DNA of 64,000 nucleotides, from positions 96,001-160,000 of the forward strand of contig CAWCRS010000009.1 in assembly GCA_963798085.1 (NCBI GenBank). Direction: 5' to 3'. This stretch comes from an uncultured Gemmatimonadales bacterium (GTDB lineage: Bacteria; Gemmatimonadota; Gemmatimonadetes; Longimicrobiales; RSA9). Under the pieces are notes generated by a model. The model saw only the letters and a program-made list of their open reading frames with translations. It was not told where the DNA came from and did not search any database. Numbering within the stretch: the first letter of the stretch is position 1; each line of letters starts with the position of its first letter. Made by a program: the position numbers and the translations under genes. Of this stretch, positions 1-9,254 are shown piece by piece.

Positions 1-791
1 ATCGCGGCCTGTTCCGGGTGCGCCAGCGGCACCTTGATGACTTCAATGCGGAACTTTGCCGAGGCCGGATCCTTGTCGGGCGAAGCGTCCACGCAGCCCG
101 GCAGCTCCGCGGCCGGGCGCACACCGGCCGAGCCCGAGATGTAGACGTAGACGTTGTCCGGGTCCTTCGGGTCGACTAACACGGAGTGCGTGTGCGAGCC
201 GCGGCAGGTCTGCACGTTGCCCACGTTGCGCGGGTGCGCGATGTCGCTGATGTCGAAGATGCGCAGTCCGCGCAGGCGGTCCTTGCTCACGGTTTCGGGT
301 ACGCCCTGCCCACCGCAGTCGAGACGTCCGGTCTGACCCTCGCCCGAGACAAACAGCAGGTTACGGTACACGGAGACGTCGCTCTGCGAAGCCGGGCAGT
401 AGTACGCGGTCTCGATCACGGGATGTGCAGGATCGGAGATGTCCCAGACCTGGTAGCCGTTGTAGCTGCCCTGGATCGCGAACCTGCCGAGGAACGCCAG
501 GTCGGAGTTGGTGGCGCCGAGGAAGCGTGCTGTCGGCTGCGTGCGCGAGAGGACGCGCACATTCCAGGTGGCCTCGGCCGCATCCATGAGGCCGGCGCGC
601 AGGCCGACGCGCGGATCGGGGCTGGGCTCGCCGGCGGACACTACGCTCGCGGCGGGCGAAGGCGAGCGCGCCCCGCCCGATGATGCGCTCGAGCCGGCGC
701 ACGCCGCGAGCAGGGAGCAGGCGAGCGCGCTCAACGCGAGTCTGCGTGCGCTTCGCTGCGACGATCCATTAGTCGGATACACGTGTGCCAT
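1..791 (-). CDS. LVIVD-repeat lipoprotein (N-terminal part; runs off the window start)
   Basis: Hand translation from ATG 791: lipobox-like LLAAC, then TNSDLAFLG, YQVWDISDPAHP, SQSDVSVYRNLLFVS, GLRIFDISD, VQTCRGSHTH. Absent from the ORF track because it has no stop in the window. Confidence 0.85.
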   Translation of the reverse strand, partial: MAHVYPTNGSSQRSARRLALSALACSLLAACAGSSASSGGARSPSPAASVVSAGEPSPDPRVGLRAGLMDAAEATWNVRVLSRTQPTARFLGATNSDLAFLGRFAIQGSYNGYQVWDISDPAHPVIETAYYCPASQSDVSVYRNLLFVSGEGQTGRLDCGGQGVPETVSKDRLRGLRIFDISDIAHPRNVGNVQTCRGSHTHSVLVDPKDPDNVYVYISGSAGVRPAAELPGCVDASPDKDPASAKFRIEVIKVPLAHPEQAA

Positions 792-845
792 GGAGAATTC
801 CTCAGTCGGGTCAAGTGAAACGGGAAAGATCGTGGAAAAAGCCTG

Positions 846-1532
846 CTACGGAGAGTGCCGCTCGATCTCAATGGCGAAGAGCATGCGCTCCATCCGTGCG
901 ATTTCCGTCGTCTGATCGACATTGACGTCGGAGGCGAACTTGAACACGAGTTCGTCCTGCCCGGCGCCGTCCGTATCGAACAGATCCTTCACCATGGCCA
1001 CAGCGCCGCGGTGGTGCTGAATCATGTACTTGAGAAACAGCCGGTCGAACTCCTGCCCGCGTGCTGCATCCAGCTCCTTCATCTGGGCATCGGTCAGCAT
1101 GCCGGGCATGCGCATGACGTGCTCCATGCCGTCCATCTGCATCTTCATGCCCGATGGGTTCGCATCAGGCACGGGCTGGTTCCGGTCGCGCAGCCACGTC
1201 TGCATGGTGCGGATCTCATCGGTCTGCGCATTGATGATGCGCTCGCACAGCGTGCGCACGGAGCTGCTGGCGCCGTGGCCGGGCGCCCATCCCGCCATCA
1301 CGAGCGCCTGCGCGTGATGGCTGATCATGCCCGACATGAAGCGGATATCGGCGGCCGTGTACGGGTAGCGTGCGCTGTCCGCGCGAGCTTTCGCTATGGC
1401 CGACGGACTGCTGGTGCCGACGGTCGCAGGCATGGGCGCGACCGGCTCCGCTGTGCGCGCGTGATGCGCGCACGACGCCCCGAGAGCGACTGGCAGCAGC
1501 ACAGTCGCGAACCGCCCGATGCGTGATACCAT
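846..1532 (-). CDS. DUF305 (ferritin-like) lipoprotein
   Basis: Paired motifs DIRFMSGMISHHAQA and FDRLFLKYMIQHHRGA; Met-rich MPGML; LGASC lipobox. Start chosen at MVSRIG. Confidence 0.9.
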   Translation of the reverse strand: MVSRIGRFATVLLPVALGASCAHHARTAEPVAPMPATVGTSSPSAIAKARADSARYPYTAADIRFMSGMISHHAQALVMAGWAPGHGASSSVRTLCERIINAQTDEIRTMQTWLRDRNQPVPDANPSGMKMQMDGMEHVMRMPGMLTDAQMKELDAARGQEFDRLFLKYMIQHHRGAVAMVKDLFDTDGAGQDELVFKFASDVNVDQTTEIARMERMLFAIEIERHSP

Positions 1533-1728
1533 TACCGCGAAGCTTTCCCGGGGGACTGAAGTCGGCCTGGCGTTTGCGCCACCGGAAAATACGGTGAAGC
1601 AGGCCGCGAGGTAAGCGGTCCGGCCGGGGACTGTCGATTTCATGCCCCGTCATTCGACGCCTGTATGAGTCGGGGCCAGCCGATCCGATCGGCGGCGGGG
1701 CAGGAACCCACAACAATGGGAGACGGAA

Positions 1729-2154
1729 ATGCGAGTCATGGTACTGGTGAAGGCGACGAAGGAGTCAGAGGCGGGCGTGCTGCCCGACGAGAAGCTCCTG
1801 ACCGACATGGGCAAGTTCAATGAAGAGCTGGTGAATGCGGGCATCATGAAGGCCGGTGAAGGGCTCCAGCCAAGCTCGAATGGAGCACGCGTCCGCTTCT
1901 CGGGCGCCAGGCGGACCGTCATCGACGGACCGTTCGCCGAAGCGAAGGAGCTGATTGCGGGCTTCTGGCTCTGGGAAGTGAAGTCGCTGGCCGAGGCGAT
2001 CGAGTGGGTGAAGCGTTGCCCCAACCCGATGGACGGCGACTCGGAAATCGAGATCCGGCCCGTTTTCGAGGCCGAGGACCTCGGCGAGGGCTTCACGCCC
2101 GAGTTGCGCGAACAGGAAGAAAAGCTGCGCGCCAGAGTGGCCCAGGCGAAGTAG
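1729..2154 (+). CDS. YciI/DGPF family protein
   Basis: VIDGPFAEAKELIAGFW and EIEIRPVFE motifs; GGAG RBS upstream. Confidence 0.92.
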   Translation: MRVMVLVKATKESEAGVLPDEKLLTDMGKFNEELVNAGIMKAGEGLQPSSNGARVRFSGARRTVIDGPFAEAKELIAGFWLWEVKSLAEAIEWVKRCPNPMDGDSEIEIRPVFEAEDLGEGFTPELREQEEKLRARVAQAK

Positions 2155-2372
2155 TCCGCGGTTCAGGCGAAATGGCGCACGGGCGGCGAGATTGGACTGG
2201 CCCGGGCGATTAGTAGTCTGCAGACAAGCAAAGTGGCGCACGCGCGGCGAGGCCCGCCAGTTGGACGAAGCCGTACTGCTGCGAGCCAGGCCAGGCGAGG
2301 GAGTGATCCGCGCGCCCGGTCAGCGATTTCCGATGGGTGCGCCGCGCCTGCTCCGTTACGCGCGAGCAGGCC

Positions 2373-2600
2373 TCAATCGCGGGGCGGTTCCTGTAGCGGA
2401 GCCCGTTCTACTCCTGGAGCGGGAGGGAGGTCAGCCGGGGCCGCCGGTTGCAAATGCGCTGCCTCCTCCCGGATGATGTCGTTGCACAGATCCACGCAGT
2501 TGTCGCAGATGCATGCGCGTGGGCCGGAGATGAGCTTCTTCACCTCCGACTTCGATCGACCGCAGAAGGAACAGTAGTGAAAGAGGTGTCTCGCAGGCAC
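2373..2600 (-). CDS. Stand-alone ClpX-type C4 zinc-binding-domain microprotein (75 aa)
   Basis: [37 protein letters not shown] at 2600 preceded by AAGGAG; no AAA+ domain follows. Confidence 0.8.
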   Translation of the reverse strand: MPARHLFHYCSFCGRSKSEVKKLISGPRACICDNCVDLCNDIIREEAAHLQPAAPADLPPAPGVERAPLQEPPRD

Positions 2601-2673
2601 GGGACTCCTTGGGTCCGGGGGTTCGGCGCTTCGGAGCGGGGTCCGTCGATGACACCGCCCTGCGGCAGCGAGC

Positions 2674-3297
2674 TCATGGAAGCGGGTCGCTGTCGGGCGT
2701 GTCGGAGGCGAGCATACCGCCCACACTCGCGCCCATGAGGTAAAGGGTTCCTGGCAGTATAAAGGATTGTAGCGGCAAACCGCCAACCGCGAAGTTCGCG
2801 CCCACCCCAAACGCGCCCCACAGCCCTAACAGCTCGGTTTGGAATTCGCGCACCGTTCCGCGCGAGCGGTGACGCCGGATCAGGTCCAGCGAGCGGGCCA
2901 CCATCAGGCTCAGGGTGGCGATCACACCGATTCCCGCGCCCGGGGCACGATAAGCGAAGAAAGCGGTGGCCACGCCCAGGACGAGGCCGGACGTGGCGAG
3001 ACGCAGCACGCGAATCCAGCGGTCCCGCGTGGACTGGGCGGGGAGAGTTCGGGCGGCAGCGTCCGCTGTAAGGTCATGCCCAGTCCGGCCGGCATGGGCG
3101 GGCTGCTGCGACAACTCGACCATGGCCTGCTGCACCGCTTCCTGCGAGATGCCGGCTTCCTGCGCCACCTTCCACAGCTCTTCCGCGCTGAGCGCGGCAC
3201 TGCGAAGAGCATCCAGCTCTGAAGCGCGACTCAGGACCTGGCGAACTTCAGCTTCCGATAGAAGCCGATCCGGGGGAATCCGCCCACTCAGCGACAT
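2674..3297 (-). CDS. Hypothetical membrane protein
   Basis: 207 aa ORF; helical N-terminus (VLSRASEL...[13 protein letters not shown]) and about four hydrophobic C-terminal segments. Confidence 0.65.
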   Translation of the reverse strand: MSLSGRIPPDRLLSEAEVRQVLSRASELDALRSAALSAEELWKVAQEAGISQEAVQQAMVELSQQPAHAGRTGHDLTADAAARTLPAQSTRDRWIRVLRLATSGLVLGVATAFFAYRAPGAGIGVIATLSLMVARSLDLIRRHRSRGTVREFQTELLGLWGAFGVGANFAVGGLPLQSFILPGTLYLMGASVGGMLASDTPDSDPLP

Positions 3298-3368
3298 GGC
3301 CCACCTGCGGCAGAGTGCAAACGGCAGGAACTACTACATTCATAAGGAACAACCGGGGCGCGTAATCG

Positions 3369-4200
3369 TCAAGCCTGCCGGTCCGCTAGCACCCCCCGGC
3401 TGGCCCGCGCGCCGGACGCCAGCCGGCCGGAGTCCAGCTGCACGCGCGGCCACTTGTCCAGGGCGCCGGCGTTGATGCCGCCCGCCGGGTCCACGTTGTC
3501 GTTGGCGAAGGGCTGTACCGGCTGCACCCGACCGTCTACGCGGGCGTGCCGCAACGCAGTGTTAGCGCCACTGCCGCCCATCGAGCCGCGGTCGTTGCTC
3601 TCGTCCATGCCGACGCGCGCCATGATGCGCTGCGCGATGAAGTCCTCCCACGTCTGGCCCGACACCGCCTCGATCACCTCGCCGGCCACGCCGTAGAGCA
3701 CGTTGTCGTAGGCGCAGGCGCTGCGGAAGCTGGTGGCCAGCGGGATGTACTGCAGGCGGCGCACGATCTCCTTGCGGTCCAGCGTCGACGGCGGCCACCA
3801 CAGCAGGTCGCCGGCGCCCAGACCAAGGCCGCTGCGGTGGACCAGCAGGTCGCGCACCTGCAGCTGGCTGGTCACACAGGGATCCGACAGGCGGAACCAG
3901 GGCAGATACCGGATGACGGGCGCGTCCCACTGCAGCTTGCCTTCTTCCACCAGCAGGCCCAGGGCCGTGGCCGTGAAGGCCCTGGTGTTGGAGGCAATGC
4001 CAAACAGCGTGTTTGCGTCGACCGGCGAGGCGCCGCCCAGACGGCGCACGCCGTAACTCTTCGCCAGCACCAGCTGCCCGTCCTTCACGATGGCCAGCGA
4101 CAGTCCCGGCCCCTCGAACGTGCGCATCACCTCGGCGACGTAGGCGTCGAGACCGGGCGGCGGCTCCGGTCCTGAGAATGGACTCGCCGTGCGGCGGTAT
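3369..4200 (-). pseudogene. Truncated serine hydrolase (beta-lactamase/AmpC-like) remnant
   Basis: FGIASNTRAF (SxxK lysine replaced by Arg), DLLVHRSG, AYDNVLY. No signal peptide or clear start; homology ends near VQLDSGRL. Confidence 0.7.
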
Positions 4201-4309
4201 CGGATTGCGCGACAAAGCCGCTCCGGGTTGCCTGCGCCTCGTCCGGCACGCGGCAGGCGCCGGCCGCTGCAGCTTTCACCGGCGCTGGACCGGCGTTGTC
4301 GCATACCCC

Positions 4310-4340
4310 TTGCTCCTCACGTAACGTAAGGTCTTAACCT
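4310..4340 (+). promoter_or_regulatory. MerR-type promoter with 19-bp spacer and dyad operator
   Basis: TTGCTC (4310-4315), 19 bp spacer, TAACCT (4335-4340); near-perfect dyad CCTCACGT-A-ACGTAAGG at 4315-4331. Confidence 0.85.
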
Positions 4341-4398
4341 CGAACGCACACGATGGCATGTGCGATACGCGGGACCACCACACACCAGGAGCCGGGTC

Positions 4399-5136
4399 GT
4401 GCAGAGCTGGAAGGTAGGCGAGCTGGCGAAGCGGACCGGTCTCACGGTGCGAACGCTGCACCACTACGACGAGATCGGGTTGCTGCGGCCGTCGCAGCGT
4501 TCGCGGACGGGGCACCGGCTGTACGACGAGACCGACGTCGAGCGGCTCCAGCGCATTGCATTGCTGCGGCACCTGGGTTTTTCGCTGGATCAGGTGGCGG
4601 CGGTGCTGGACGGACCGCAGGGCACGCTGGAGCGCGTGCTGGAGCGGCAGGTCGCGCATCTGCGCGACGTGATCGCGGTGGAGTCCGAGCTGTGCGACCG
4701 CGTGCAGCACATGACGCAGTGGCTGCGATCGAACGGGACGGTCTCGGTCGACGCGTTGCTCGAATTGATGGAGCGCATGATGAAAGCGGAGAGCTACTAC
4801 ACACCGGAGCAGCTGGAGTACCTGAAGGAGCGGCGCCAGCAGATCGGCGAGGTGCGCATGCAGGAGGCGGCCGGCGACTGGGAGAAACTGATTGCCGAAG
4901 TACGCGCCGCCATGAACGCGGGTACGGACCCGACCAGCCCCGCGGTGCAGGCACTGGGCAGGCGCTGGATGTCACTGGTGCACGAGTTCACCGGTGGCAA
5001 CACTGGCGTTAACCAGTCGCTGAATCGCTTCTATGGCGACATGCTCGAGCAGCCTGGCGGTTTTTCGGGCATTGACCAGGCGATGGCCGCGTACATCGGG
5101 AAGGCCATGAAGGCGGCCCGGGAGGCTGCTGAGTAA
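4399..5136 (+). CDS. MerR-family transcriptional regulator with TipAS-like ligand domain
   Basis: WKVGELAKRTGLTVRTLHHYDEIGLL HTH; C-terminal DPTSPAVQALGRRW...FTGG; GTG start with AGGAG RBS. Confidence 0.92.
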   Translation: MQSWKVGELAKRTGLTVRTLHHYDEIGLLRPSQRSRTGHRLYDETDVERLQRIALLRHLGFSLDQVAAVLDGPQGTLERVLERQVAHLRDVIAVESELCDRVQHMTQWLRSNGTVSVDALLELMERMMKAESYYTPEQLEYLKERRQQIGEVRMQEAAGDWEKLIAEVRAAMNAGTDPTSPAVQALGRRWMSLVHEFTGGNTGVNQSLNRFYGDMLEQPGGFSGIDQAMAAYIGKAMKAAREAAE

Positions 5137-5310
5137 CATCGTATTAGCAGGGCCCGGGCTGGGGCCGGGGCTGAGGGCGAATATCGGTTGGCCGGCGGCG
5201 GGCGACGCCGGGGCGACCGGGTAGCGTCAGTCCCCGGCCCGCCCGCCCACGTGGTGTTACCGCCATGGCGTGCTCGCCTGGCGACCGCGGTTCCGGTATC
5301 TTGCGCTGCC

Positions 5311-8166
5311 GTGAGCGACTTTCAGACCCGACTGCAAGACACGCTGGGCAGCGCGTATCGCATCGAGCGAGAGCTCGGCGGCGGGGGGATGAGTCGCCTG
5401 TTTCTCGCGCACGAGGCCACGCTCCACCGCCAGGTGGTCGTAAAAGTGTTGCCGCCCGAGCTGGCCAGCGACATGAGCGTGGCGCGGTTCAAGCAGGAAA
5501 TCGAGCTGGCGGCGCAGCTGCAGCATCCCCACATCGTACCGGTTCTCGGGGCGGCATCGGGCAACGATCTGTTGTACTACATCCTGCCCTACCTGCCCGA
5601 CGAGTCCCTGCGGCACCGCCTGGACCGCGAGGGCCGGCTGCCCGTGGCCGCGGCCATGGTAATCCTCAATGACATCGCCGATGCGCTGGCGTACGCACAC
5701 GCGCGCGGCGTCATCCATCGCGACCTCAAGCCTGAAAACATCCTGCTGGCCGCGGATCATGCCGTGCTCACGGACTTCGGCGTGGCGCGCGCGCTGGCGG
5801 AGGCGCGGTCGGGCGGGCAAATGACGACTAGTGGTTTCATCGTGGGCACGCCCGGTTACATGTCGCCGGAGCAGGCCGCGGGCGAGCGGCGGATCGATGA
5901 GCGTGCCGACATCTACGCTCTTGGCGTGTCCGGCTACGAGATGCTCGCGGGTGCGCCTCCATTCGAGGGCGCAACCGCGGCCGCGCTGCTCGCGGCACAC
6001 CTCACCCGCACCCCGAAGCCGTTGCACGAAGTCCGGCCCGAGGTTCCGCGTCACGTGAGCGCGGCCATTCAGCGCGCGCTCGCCAAGGAGCCTGCGCAAC
6101 GCTTTCAGAACGCGAGCGAGCTACGCCGTGCGCTTTCGCCAGACCGGTCCCGTCGGGCCTCGCCAGGAATCCGGCCTGCACGCTGGATCACCGCGTTGCT
6201 CGGGCTTGCGGTCGCGGTGACGGCGGGAAGCACGGCGTACTCGCTGCTGCACGGGCGGAAGGCCGCGCGCCTGGACGCGAACCTGATTGCGATTGCGCCG
6301 TTCAATGTGCTGGACCCGCAGCTCCAGCTTTGGCGCGAAGGGATGGTCGACCTGCTGGCGCGCAACCTGGACGGAGCCGGGCCGCTGCGCACCGTGCCGC
6401 CGACGCTTTCCATTCGACGTTTCCACGGGCGGGCGGACCCGCTCTCGGCGCAGGCGTTGGGCAACACATCCGGAGCCAGGCTCGCGGTGTTCGGGACACT
6501 CGTGCGCTCGGGACAGGACTCGGTCCGCATTACAGCAAGCATCATCGACGTGGCCAGCCGTGGCAGCCTCGGCGAAGTCGAGTTGCGCGGTGCCACGGAT
6601 CGACTGGATGCGCTGGTCGATTCGGTCACTCTCGGTCTGCTGCGCGAGCTGGGGCGCACACACGCCATCGGCGCCGCGCGGCTGGCTTCGCTCGGCTCAC
6701 GCTCGCTGCCCGCGCTCAAGCTGTTCCTGCAAGGCGAGCAGTTTTTCCGCCGCGCCGTGTGGGATTCCGCGCTCGTCTATGAAGAACGCGCCATCGCCAG
6801 CGACAGCAATTTCACGCTCGCGCTGCGCCGTGCGGGACTGTCGATTCAATGGGCGCGCACCAACATGGATTCCGTCGGTCGCGCCTACCTTGCCCGGGCG
6901 GGTGCGTTGAATCACGGGCTGGCGCCGCGCGACAGTGTGCTGGTTGCGGCCGACTCCGTGGCCAGCTCGATCTGGTCGCTGCGTGGCGATCTCCCATGGT
7001 GGCGTGATGTGCGGCGTCTGCTTACGACGCTCGAGAACGCCACGGCCCGCTACCCCGACGATCCGCAGATCTGGTACGAGCTGGCCGACGCGCGCGGGCA
7101 CTGGGCCTATGTCCCCGGCGCCCAGCTGCCGCTGTCCGAAATCGTCCGCACGTTCGACCGCGCCATCGCGCTCGACAGCGCCTTCGCGCCCGCATACTAC
7201 GACGCTATCCCGCTGACACTCGACATAGGCGACTCGGTGGCCGCACGCCGTGATATGTCGCGTTATCTCGCACTCTCGCCCACGGCCGTACAGGGGCCGG
7301 GACTGCGCCTGGCCGCCGAACTGCTGGACGCGCCGAAGCAGGCGCCCGACGCTGTCACGCGCGTGCTGGCCAATGCCTCGGAAGCGGCACTCTATGATGG
7401 CGCGGCCGTGCTGGGCCGCTGGCCCGACTCGGCCGAAGTGGCCGTGCAGATCATGCAGGAGCGGATCAGACGCGGCCTGCCCGTGTCGCCTGCGTGGCAT
7501 CTGCTGCGCGGACATCTGCGCGAGGCGGCGGAACTGCTGCGCAACCGTCGGCGCAGCCTTCGGGAGGAGGGCATTCAGCTGGCGATGCTGGGTGGCTCCA
7601 CGGAAGCGGCAGTGCGAACGGCGCGCGACTGGATCGCCGGGCCGACGCCGTCCTACTCGCTCGCGCTCGCCTGGTGGGCCATGGCGCACGACACCGCGTC
7701 GCTGCGCGCGGCGGTGGGTCGGGCCGACTCTACGGTGAAGGCGGCGACGTCGAGCTGGGCCGGGGACATCGCCCGCTACACGGCCGTCAGCGCGCGCGCC
7801 TGGCTGGCGCTGGCCCGCAGTGACACGGCAGAAGCCGTGCGTGTATTCGATACCGTGCCGGACACGATGTGCGCCTGGTGCTACATGATGGACGCCTGGC
7901 CGCGCGCCCGCCTGCTGGCCGCCGCCGGCCGACTGCAGGACGCCGCCGCGCTGCTCGAGGTCCAGCCCGCCGAATGGATGAACCCCATCGACATCGCGCG
8001 CGTGCTCGACCGGGCGCGCGTCCACGAACGACTCGGCAACCGTGCGCGCGCCCGCTCCGAATACACCTTCGTGGCGAACGCGTGGCGCAACGCGGACCCG
8101 GAACTGCAGCCCCTGGTGGCAGAAGCCAGAGCCGGCGCAGAGCGGTTGCGGGGTGCACTGCGTTGA
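5311..8166 (+). CDS. Membrane Ser/Thr protein kinase with TolB_N-like and TPR C-terminal regions
   Basis: LGGGGMS, VVVK, HRDLKPEN, DFG, GTPGYMSPE, DIYALG; one TM segment; helical repeat C-terminus. Confidence 0.92.
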   Translation: MSDFQTRLQDTLGSAYRIERELGGGGMSRLFLAHEATLHRQVVVKVLPPELASDMSVARFKQEIELAAQLQHPHIVPVLGAASGNDLLYYILPYLPDESLRHRLDREGRLPVAAAMVILNDIADALAYAHARGVIHRDLKPENILLAADHAVLTDFGVARALAEARSGGQMTTSGFIVGTPGYMSPEQAAGERRIDERADIYALGVSGYEMLAGAPPFEGATAAALLAAHLTRTPKPLHEVRPEVPRHVSAAIQRALAKEPAQRFQNASELRRALSPDRSRRASPGIRPARWITALLGLAVAVTAGSTAYSLLHGRKAARLDANLIAIAPFNVLDPQLQLWREGMVDLLARNLDGAGPLRTVPPTLSIRRFHGRADPLSAQALGNTSGARLAVFGTLVRSGQDSVRITASIIDVASRGSLGEVELRGATDRLDALVDSVTLGLLRELGRTHAIGAARLASLGSRSLPALKLFLQGEQFFRRAVWDSALVYEERAIASDSNFTLALRRAGLSIQWARTNMDSVGRAYLARAGALNHGLAPRDSVLVAADSVASSIWSLRGDLPWWRDVRRLLTTLENATARYPDDPQIWYELADARGHWAYVPGAQLPLSEIVRTFDRAIALDSAFAPAYYDAIPLTLDIGDSVAARRDMSRYLALSPTAVQGPGLRLAAELLDAPKQAPDAVTRVLANASEAALYDGAAVLGRWPDSAEVAVQIMQERIRRGLPVSPAWHLLRGHLREAAELLRNRRRSLREEGIQLAMLGGSTEAAVRTARDWIAGPTPSYSLALAWWAMAHDTASLRAAVGRADSTVKAATSSWAGDIARYTAVSARAWLALARSDTAEAVRVFDTVPDTMCAWCYMMDAWPRARLLAAAGRLQDAAALLEVQPAEWMNPIDIARVLDRARVHERLGNRARARSEYTFVANAWRNADPELQPLVAEARAGAERLRGALR

Positions 8167-8182
8167 CATGCAGCGGCGTTGC

Positions 8183-8309
8183 CGGGGCTGGGGCCCGGGC
8201 TCGGGCCGGGAACTCACGAGTCTTCCCCCGCTTCAGTTGGAGACGTAGTTCAGATCCGCCGGAAGCCGTTCCCCAGCAACCAGCCCGAGCAACCAGCCCC
8301 AGCAACGCC
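8183..8309. repeat. REP-like dispersed repeat cluster
   Basis: GGGGCTGGGGCCCGGGCTCGGG, plus a 43-bp unit at 8267-8309 that matches 18509-18551 with one mismatch. Confidence 0.8.
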
Positions 8310-8322
8310 TTTCAGGCTGTTC

Positions 8323-8910
8323 CTACCGCCCACCCGCCGCGGCCAGAACGAACTTGAGGACCGCCACCGGCACGTCCGTACCGGCGACGAACCGCAACAC
8401 CTCGTTAGCCGCCGGCCGGCCGTTGACTTCGACGAAGATGTGGTTGAGCGGCACGGAAATCCCAATGCGGGATACGCCGCGAATGCGGCTGACGGGGCGC
8501 AGCACGCGCAGCCAGCTGGACAGCTGGGTCCACGTGTACTCGCCATGCTGCACGAGCACGCTGGCGTCGCGGCCGCAGCGGTTGGATTCCACGTAGCGGC
8601 GCAGGTACGGCGAGAGCACGTCCTTCGCCAGCTCGCTCTGCTCGAGATCCGTCAGCACCACGTTCAGGTTGCAGGCGCGGTCGAACCAGAAGCCGCCGAA
8701 GCCGGGAATCTCGGCCGACAGCTTGTCGAACAGCGAGCCATCCGGATCGCCGGCGTCCAGCGCCGCGAGATCGAGTGTGCCGCCTGCCGCAAGGTCTGCC
8801 GTGGCCAGTGCCGGCTCCTCCGGCGCTACCAGCGAGGGATTGTCCCTGCAGGCTCCGAGCATGGGCCCCAATACCAGCACCAGTGCCAGGGTCGTCGTGC
8901 GCGTTTTCAT
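8323..8910 (-). CDS. Hypothetical lipoprotein
   Basis: Signal peptide ending LGAC; GAGGAGG RBS; 195 aa. Confidence 0.8.
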   Translation of the reverse strand: MKTRTTTLALVLVLGPMLGACRDNPSLVAPEEPALATADLAAGGTLDLAALDAGDPDGSLFDKLSAEIPGFGGFWFDRACNLNVVLTDLEQSELAKDVLSPYLRRYVESNRCGRDASVLVQHGEYTWTQLSSWLRVLRPVSRIRGVSRIGISVPLNHIFVEVNGRPAANEVLRFVAGTDVPVAVLKFVLAAAGGR

Positions 8911-8971
8911 GGTGTCGCCTCCTCCTCACGGTGATGCAGTTTGCGCCGGCCCTCCGGCGCGTTCGCACTGT

Positions 8972-9000
8972 TGGAATCACTGGCCTGGCCGCTTTCTGAC
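8972..9000 (-). promoter_or_regulatory. Putative ECF-sigma promoter box, copy 1 (faces the lipoprotein gene)
   Basis: Minus strand reads GTCAGAA-N9-GCCAGTGATTCCA; the same motif recurs at 9074-9102 on the plus strand. Confidence 0.65.
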
Positions 9001-9073
9001 GCTCGCCCCGCCCCGCCGCAGGCGCTCGACGGAACGCGCGCACCGCATGGCTCTCACCCGTGCGCGCGGTGCT

Positions 9074-9102
9074 GTCAGAAGACCCGGATGCCAGTGATTC
9101 CA
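9074..9102 (+). promoter_or_regulatory. Putative ECF-sigma promoter box, copy 2 (faces the TonB/ECF operon)
   Basis: GTCAGAA-N9-GCCAGTGATTCCA. Confidence 0.65.
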
Positions 9103-9254
9103 TGAGCGGGGGGAGGACCGGGACGGGGTGTCCGATACTCAGGAAGGGGCAGAGAAACGGCGGCGAGCCGGAGCGGCATCGTCGCCTGCAATCCGCTGCC
9201 AACGCGCACCCGCAGTCAGAACGGTCTGTTACAGGCGCTGATCGGAGCCGATGG

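Noticed and set aside
2373..2810. Annotating the zinc-finger ORF as clpX
   Set aside because: No Walker motifs or AAA+ domain follow.
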